DNA of 61,145 bases from IMG/VR virus record IMGVR_UViG_3300027844_000688, positions 1 to 61,145 of that record, one strand, 5' to 3'. This stretch comes from a virus. Its lineage: Duplodnaviria; Caudoviricetes. The notes under the pieces were generated by a model. The model was not told where the DNA came from and made no database searches. It saw only the letters and a program-made list of their open reading frames with translations. This document shows, piece by piece, positions 56,021-61,145 of this stretch (position 1 is its first letter; the number at the start of each line of letters is the position of its first letter). A program made the translations under genes and the position numbers.

Positions 56021-57307
56021 CTAACGCCCCTTTGCTTTGGAGAGCGGCATTGGCTTCCAAGAGAGGTCTCTCTCGACAAGAGGCAAACCGTTTCGGTTCA
56101 TACTCTGAAGCTCGTTCAAGGACATATAGCCAAGCTCACCGTGTCCAAGATCTGCCCAACCAAACATCCGGTCACGTCCGTCGAACTCGGTGACGTACCA
56201 GACACCCCGGCCATACGGAGAGAAGAACTTGACCCATACAGTTGGATCTTCCACGTCTTCCTGCGTGTAGAGCTTGGGGATCTTCCTGGCGATGTTGTTG
56301 GGCATAAGCTGGTGCTTACGCACACCGTCGAGCGGGTGCTTGGCTGCTTGCTTGATCAGCGGAAGCAACTTCGGTCGGAGATCGGGACGAGCATAGGCGA
56401 GCTTGATTGTGTCCCTACGGAGCTTGGCCTTCTTGACGGCCTTTTCCTGGCCTTTCCAAGCCTCTTTCGTCATGTGTTCTTCGAGACCCTTCTCGTCGAA
56501 CTTGCCGGTCTTTGGATCAACGAACTTCTCAATGAGCTTGGCCTCTTGGTCACTAACTTCGGTGTAGTAGTCGAGAAGCTCCTGCTTCACATCATCGGGC
56601 ATCTTCCCACCTTCAGCGGCGGTCTTACCTTCAGCGTCTTTACGCTTGCCCATCGCCCAATCATGGAACTTGGAGGTTGCCGCCATTGGGACAAAAGTCC
56701 CAACTCCGGTTCCAATCATCCCTGCGGTTGCACCCATGCCGAAGCCCATGCCCCAGCCCTTGATTCCCAGAGCAGCAGCAGCCACCCCACCTGCGGCACC
56801 ACTACCCATGCCTAAAGTGGCCGCCAAACCCGCAGCCACAGGGGCCAGATAGACGCCACCTGCAATACCACCTGCAAGGGTTCCCATGCCCAGGAGCACC
56901 TTTACACCAGCGTCGAACTTGTTTTTCTCCAGAAGCTCGAAACCGCCGAGCTTCTTCATCCCGGCATCGGCACCCTCAAGGATCTTGCCCGAGCCCTTTT
57001 CCAGTGCTCCGAAGAACGCCGTCTTGATCTTCTTCTTGATGCTCTTCAAGGCACCCGTCAGTCCCTTGGCAGTGGGGGCTTCGTTGCTTCCACCCTCTTC
57101 TCCACCGCCGCCTTCGCTGTCACCTTCCTCAAAGAAGTCTTGTGGCTTCTTCTTGGAGTCGGGGTGCTTCTCCATGTACTTCTTATGGAGGTTCTTGGCA
57201 CCCTCTTCAGTTTTGGCCTTGTCCCCTGCTACCAAGATCGGAAGGATCTTCGCACGGAGTTCGGGCTTCTCGTAAGCGAGCTTGATTAGGCGGGTGCGTG
57301 TACTCAT
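56021..57307 (-). CDS. Modular protein: two IKLAY helices, Gly-rich hydrophobic segment, C-terminal DUF2958-like domain
   Basis: Start MSTRTRLIKLAY. C-terminus VKFFSPYG..VWYVTE...FGWADLG..ELGY.SL.EL...VERDL. Confidence 0.75.
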   Translation of the reverse strand: MSTRTRLIKLAYEKPELRAKILPILVAGDKAKTEEGAKNLHKKYMEKHPDSKKKPQDFFEEGDSEGGGGEEGGSNEAPTAKGLTGALKSIKKKIKTAFFGALEKGSGKILEGADAGMKKLGGFELLEKNKFDAGVKVLLGMGTLAGGIAGGVYLAPVAAGLAATLGMGSGAAGGVAAAALGIKGWGMGFGMGATAGMIGTGVGTFVPMAATSKFHDWAMGKRKDAEGKTAAEGGKMPDDVKQELLDYYTEVSDQEAKLIEKFVDPKTGKFDEKGLEEHMTKEAWKGQEKAVKKAKLRRDTIKLAYARPDLRPKLLPLIKQAAKHPLDGVRKHQLMPNNIARKIPKLYTQEDVEDPTVWVKFFSPYGRGVWYVTEFDGRDRMFGWADLGHGELGYMSLNELQSMNRNGLPLVERDLSWKPMPLSKAKGR

Positions 57308-57317
57308 TGGGAAACCT

Positions 57318-58466
57318 CTACAAAAGACCGAGCAAGTGCTCACGGTGTTGCGGTTTGTTGTAAGCCAGCTTGATGATCTGGGTACGGAAAGCTGCCTTCT
57401 TCTGGGCAGCCATCCTCTGACCACGGGTCAGCAGGTACAGACCGACGATCTCTTGGATCTTCTTGTCTTTCTGCATCGCTGATGCGATGGCCGTCAGTCC
57501 CTTCTTGATGGCACGCCCAATGGCTACCTTCTTGCTCTTGTCTGTGGGGTCTTCACCCATCTCTCGAAGGATTCCAGCCTGTCCTGTGGGCTTGCCCTTC
57601 TCCAAGTGCTCGATGAAGCGTTCGACCACTTCTCGGTCCCAGTCGTTGAGACTGCGAGGGATCATCTTCTTCATAAAGTGGATGATGAACTTCCCTTCTC
57701 GACGTTGGTGGCGGATGAGTTGGATGATCAACATCCCAAAGTCGGAGTCCCCACCGTCGTTCTTATCGAGCCAGGACTTGCCCATCGCTCTCGCCACTGC
57801 GGGATCTGCGTCGAAGTTCCCTTCCTGGCCTGCACCCGACTCCGAATCTGTCATGTCTCTGACTCGGCGGGTGCGCTCGGCTTCCTCGGTTTTGATGAGT
57901 TGGATCACCTTTTTCTTCAGCCCGTCTTGGGCGACATTCAAGGGAGCCTTGTCTGGAGTAGCCGTGCCGTTCAAGATCTGCCTCTGGAGCTTCTTGCCGA
58001 TGCTTGGGAAAAACTGGACATTTACATCCCGGCTTCCGAGCGGGATACCACCAATGGTGTTCTGCAAGATGTCCTCGGCGGTCATCCCCTGGACCTGGGG
58101 TTCTCCTTCATTGGAGACGGTGCTCAAGATCTTGTAGAGGTTCCCGAGCATGATCTTGCACATAGGTCGCTTCGGGTTCCGCCATTCGGGGCTGATGTTG
58201 GCGAACTGTGGGTCACCTTCAATCGATGCCCATGCCCGTGGACCCTTGCCAGCCAAGCTGAAAAAGGGAAGGCCAGCAGCGCCCTCAAGGATTTCCAGTC
58301 GGATAGCCTCATCCATCTTGTCGCTGCAATATGAAGCGATCCGCTGCAACCTCTTCGCCGCCACACGCAGCATAACTCTGCGAGCAGGTAGAGAAGTGAT
58401 CTTGAGTTCACCAGTAACAGCAGTAAGCGCCTGCCGTGCGATCTTGTATCTCGTCAAAACGTGCAT
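57318..58466 (-). CDS. Modular protein, possibly sigma-factor-like, with a C-terminal IKLAY helix
   Basis: TAEDILQ and a C-terminal HTH-like segment. Ends in IIKLAYNKPQHREHLLGLL. Confidence 0.6.
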   Translation of the reverse strand: MHVLTRYKIARQALTAVTGELKITSLPARRVMLRVAAKRLQRIASYCSDKMDEAIRLEILEGAAGLPFFSLAGKGPRAWASIEGDPQFANISPEWRNPKRPMCKIMLGNLYKILSTVSNEGEPQVQGMTAEDILQNTIGGIPLGSRDVNVQFFPSIGKKLQRQILNGTATPDKAPLNVAQDGLKKKVIQLIKTEEAERTRRVRDMTDSESGAGQEGNFDADPAVARAMGKSWLDKNDGGDSDFGMLIIQLIRHQRREGKFIIHFMKKMIPRSLNDWDREVVERFIEHLEKGKPTGQAGILREMGEDPTDKSKKVAIGRAIKKGLTAIASAMQKDKKIQEIVGLYLLTRGQRMAAQKKAAFRTQIIKLAYNKPQHREHLLGLL

Positions 58467-58519
58467 CGTTGAACCTCAATCTTCGGAAACTCGGGAGCGG
58501 CCTCTACGAGAGGCAGTAC

Positions 58520-58533
58520 ATAGAGGGATTATC
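58520..58533 (-). promoter_or_regulatory. Putative phage late-promoter motif (GATAATCCCTCTAT-N12-GTAG)
   Basis: Recurring motif at the head of the 58466-52729 operon. Confidence 0.55.
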
Positions 58534-58670
58534 GATAGATAGAGTCTCAAAACAAGGGCTTGGTGGCCTCCCCCAGAATACGACGATATCTCTGTCAGAA
58601 GTGCTTGACGGCTTCGTCTGTAAAGTGTTACTCCCTCCCGAAGTTTGGGAGGGATAGCCCCTATGTCTCT

Positions 58671-58699
58671 TTGACATAGGGTACTCAACCTGTTAGGCT
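58671..58699 (+). promoter_or_regulatory. Host sigma70-type promoter
   Basis: TTGACA-N17-TAGGCT with an extended -10 TG. Confidence 0.7.
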
Positions 58700-58801
58700 G
58701 ATTTTAGTTTCCAGGCAACGACCCTGCTCGGTAAGAGCGTCTGTCACAGCCCGGGATGGAACCACAACTGATACCTCGCCGATACGGCGTACAGGACGAA
58801 G

Positions 58802-59854
58802 ATGACAAACACGGCCCCCACAGCTTCCTCTCTTTTCGACCCACTGGTCAAAGTTCTCGGAACCCTCATCGCCTACGATGAGGCCCAAAGCGTTTGCCGA
58901 GAGACCGTGTACGATACGGTCCTGCTGGAAGCGGGGATCGACCCTACTACGACACCCCTCTCGCTGAAGGGACGAACCGGACTTTACCGGATCGTCCAGT
59001 TTGCACACCGCAACCAGCGTGACGGCTACTGCGGCACGAAGCGAGCCGCCACCACAACCCTGACCGCTGCCGGTGGTTGGAGCCTGACGCCTGCTGGCGT
59101 TGCCCTGTCCCAAGCTCTCAATGGAACCACCCCTCCGGTTGTTGCCGCCGTGGCAACTTCGACACCGCAACCGTCCTCACCCAACGAGACGAGCGAGTGG
59201 CTGGCAGGCCAGCCTCCTGCGTTCTGGAATCGCCTGGAGTCGGCCATCGCCAGCAAGTGCCGGGTCTCGGCCAAGATGGACCTTGTGGGCGACCACCTCC
59301 ACAACGCTGTGGAAAGGTGGGTGAAGCGCAACGCCTTCGCTAACCGAATCCACGAAGGGAACCCCCCGAGCTACTCCGACTGCGCCACTTGGGCCGTCCG
59401 TTCAGCGTTCACCGACATCCGTGGTTGGGGTAAGTGGGGAGACGCCAAGGCTCTGCGAGGTGCGATGACCGAAAAGGAGCGTAAGGATAAGGAAGAGTAC
59501 GACAAGAAGAGCCCGCAGTTTGCCGACGAAAGTGGGGGGCCAGCACAGTTTGGTGGTGGTCAGGTTTCCTTTGATCTGGAAGGGGCTCTGCTTGAGGTCG
59601 AGGACGTAAGCCACAGCAACGACATCGAGACTGTCCTGCACATGGAGTGGAACATCAGTTGGGCAGAGGAAACGCTCCGTGCCCGTATGCCGATTGCCCA
59701 CGAACGCTACACCCGAGTTCTGCACTGGCTGATCGAAGGCTACAAGGCCCGAGAGATTGCCGACTTTGAGGGTGTCAGCGTGTACCGTGCGTCAACGATG
59801 GTAGCCGACTTGAAGGCTCTGCTCCGCAAGGCCCGAGACGACGAAGGCTGGTAG
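58802..59854 (+). CDS. Sigma-factor-like protein with an N-terminal winged-helix-like domain
   Basis: C-terminal region-4 HTH (EGYKAREIADFEGVS), region-2-like DHLHNAVERW...TWAVRSA, and N-terminal WSLTPAG wing (Mrr_N-like). Confidence 0.65.
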   Translation: MTNTAPTASSLFDPLVKVLGTLIAYDEAQSVCRETVYDTVLLEAGIDPTTTPLSLKGRTGLYRIVQFAHRNQRDGYCGTKRAATTTLTAAGGWSLTPAGVALSQALNGTTPPVVAAVATSTPQPSSPNETSEWLAGQPPAFWNRLESAIASKCRVSAKMDLVGDHLHNAVERWVKRNAFANRIHEGNPPSYSDCATWAVRSAFTDIRGWGKWGDAKALRGAMTEKERKDKEEYDKKSPQFADESGGPAQFGGGQVSFDLEGALLEVEDVSHSNDIETVLHMEWNISWAEETLRARMPIAHERYTRVLHWLIEGYKAREIADFEGVSVYRASTMVADLKALLRKARDDEGW

Positions 59855-59866
59855 CCTTTGGGTCAT

Positions 59867-59887
59867 GCCCGTGGTCGAACCACGGGT
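59867..59887. terminator. Hairpin between convergent genes
   Basis: GCCCGTGGT-CGA-ACCACGGGT. No clear U-tract. Confidence 0.4.
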
Positions 59888-59920
59888 GCCCCGGCATGTA
59901 ATCGTAGTTAGAGCTTGGGC

Positions 59921-60379
59921 TCAATGTCCAAACCCACCCCTCGTTTGGCTCTGTGGCCGACCATCCCAAGAGTGGGCACCAGAATAAGAAGAGATGCTCA
60001 CAGAGATGCCCCCGTTGATACCGGGCCTCCACTTCTTGCGGAGCTTCTTCCCTCTCGGGTCAAACTTCCCTTTGAGGGGCACGACCTTTTCGTCTGTACG
60101 CCCCACGCTCACGACCTTCTTCTGAAGCTGTTGGAGGATTATCTGCTTCGGCGTGGCTCGGATGATCTGGTAGTAATCGATGTTGGTCTGGTCGTAGCCC
60201 CAGTTTGAGTAGAGGATATCCCCCACAACGGGTTCTTCGGGGAGATTCCCTGCGGTGAGATACCTGTGAGCGACACGGGCAACGTCCCCACGACTGCTCT
60301 GGAGATACTTTAGAGTCTCGTAGCGTTCCGCTATCCGAGAAGATGATGCGGTGCGATATTTCTGGAGCTTCCGGTCCAT
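59921..60379 (-). CDS. Hypothetical protein with RIAERY/RVAHRYL leader
   Basis: Leader followed by a VGDILYSNWGYDQTNIDYYQI domain, a pattern I recognise from small phage proteins. Confidence 0.7.
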   Translation of the reverse strand: MDRKLQKYRTASSSRIAERYETLKYLQSSRGDVARVAHRYLTAGNLPEEPVVGDILYSNWGYDQTNIDYYQIIRATPKQIILQQLQKKVVSVGRTDEKVVPLKGKFDPRGKKLRKKWRPGINGGISVSISSYSGAHSWDGRPQSQTRGGFGH

Positions 60380-60720
60380 TACTCAACCTCTTCGCCGAGC
60401 CTGTCCATGTTCGTTGGCTCTTGTCGGTCATCGAAAGGTTCAGTGGGGATCGGCAGTGCGTCGAGATCAGCAAGAGGGTCACCATCGACCAGACCTTGTA
60501 GATCAAACTCACCTGGGGGCGGGAGTTCCCCGGCTGACATGAGGCGTCGAGAGAGGACTGTCATCACGCCCTGGATCTCTTCCATCTCGTAGTCTTCCCG
60601 GCGCAGCATCCTCACGAAGCTAATGTTGTTCATCACCTTCGCCTTGGACAACAACTGGTCAGCGTTGTACCGGGAAAAGTAATCGTCCCATTCTTCAACT
60701 GTTCGTGGATCTGCACTCAT
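60379..60720 (-). CDS. Hypothetical protein
   Basis: 113-aa coupled ORF. Confidence 0.65.
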   Translation of the reverse strand: MSADPRTVEEWDDYFSRYNADQLLSKAKVMNNISFVRMLRREDYEMEEIQGVMTVLSRRLMSAGELPPPGEFDLQGLVDGDPLADLDALPIPTEPFDDRQEPTNMDRLGEEVE

Positions 60721-60730
60721 CTCATTATCC

Positions 60731-61144
60731 TCAATACGTTTGGATCTTGAACACTTGTGAAATCTCTTTCGGAGTCGGTTCCCAGACCTTGGCGAACTTC
60801 AAGTAGATGTTGAGGTCGATGGAATAACCCTTTATCTCACCCTTCTTCCACTTCTCCATCTCTTTGGAAGACATCGCGTAGCCGTTCTCATCCCCATGCC
60901 AGCCACAGATGAGACGACCATCCTCAAACGCCGTCCATGCTTTCTTGTCTTTTGGGGCATCGGAGCGGCCAATGAAGTATTTGATCACCTCGTCGGGTGA
61001 CTTGAATGTCCCAACATTTCGACCATTGTCCAGAAGTTGGCCTCTGCCAATCTCACCTTCATCGAAAGAATCTTCCGTGGACTCTATCGACCAAGAGTCC
61101 ACGATGATCTCGAATGTCTCCTTGGCACCGGCCCACTTCGATTG
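60731..61144 (-). CDS. Hypothetical protein, 5' end beyond the window
   Basis: The frame stays open upstream of 61102 to the window edge. Confidence 0.6.
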   Translation of the reverse strand, partial: QSKWAGAKETFEIIVDSWSIESTEDSFDEGEIGRGQLLDNGRNVGTFKSPDEVIKYFIGRSDAPKDKKAWTAFEDGRLICGWHGDENGYAMSSKEMEKWKKGEIKGYSIDLNIYLKFAKVWEPTPKEISQVFKIQTY

Positions 61145-61145
61145 G

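Noticed and set aside
2014-58334. Many long plus-strand ORFs (e.g. 2014-2961, 16511-17704, 46641-47705, 52639-53493)
   Set aside because: They are antisense shadows of well-supported minus-strand genes, with no recognisable motifs.
58605-58633. Second sigma70 promoter at TTGACG
   Set aside because: No acceptable -10 element at 16-18 nt spacing.
1-61145. Stop-codon reassignment as seen in some large phages
   Set aside because: Conserved genes are full length in code 11, and TAA, TAG and TGA all terminate genes.

Overview
Fragment of a large tailed dsDNA phage genome (Caudoviricetes, jumbo-phage-like). It is almost entirely minus-strand coded and reads in standard code 11. From left to right: (i) a head-morphogenesis and packaging block (HK97-type major capsid, decoration protein, EF-hand scaffold, protease-like protein, a 1592-aa topoisomerase IB/2H-phosphoesterase fusion, portal, TerL, putative TerS and probable virion proteins; 1-26.4 kb); (ii) a transcription/replication/recombination block (tandem sigma-region-4 protein, NusG, DnaX, HolA, HolB, beta-clamp-like, TOPRIM primase, split SbcC plus SbcD, Cas4-like nuclease, RecA, RuvC, SSB, RecD2, class II RNR; 26.5-49.9 kb); (iii) a non-coding strand-switch region, two membrane proteins, type II glutamine synthetase, a cluster of modular proteins and a divergent sigma-like gene behind a near-consensus sigma70 promoter. 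The most interesting unexplained structure is a shared peptide grammar across many otherwise unrelated late proteins: an IKLAYxxPxLRxxLLPL helix, a [R/I]VAxRYL motif, a ~65-aa DPxDIxRE...FTQQ...GKQA module, and [K/R]-x-A at domain boundaries. I infer this is a capsid cargo-loading and protease-processing system. A recurring non-sigma70 promoter-like motif sits upstream of the same genes. All family assignments come from motif recognition by eye, not database searches. The host cannot be determined. No tRNA or CRISPR array was seen.
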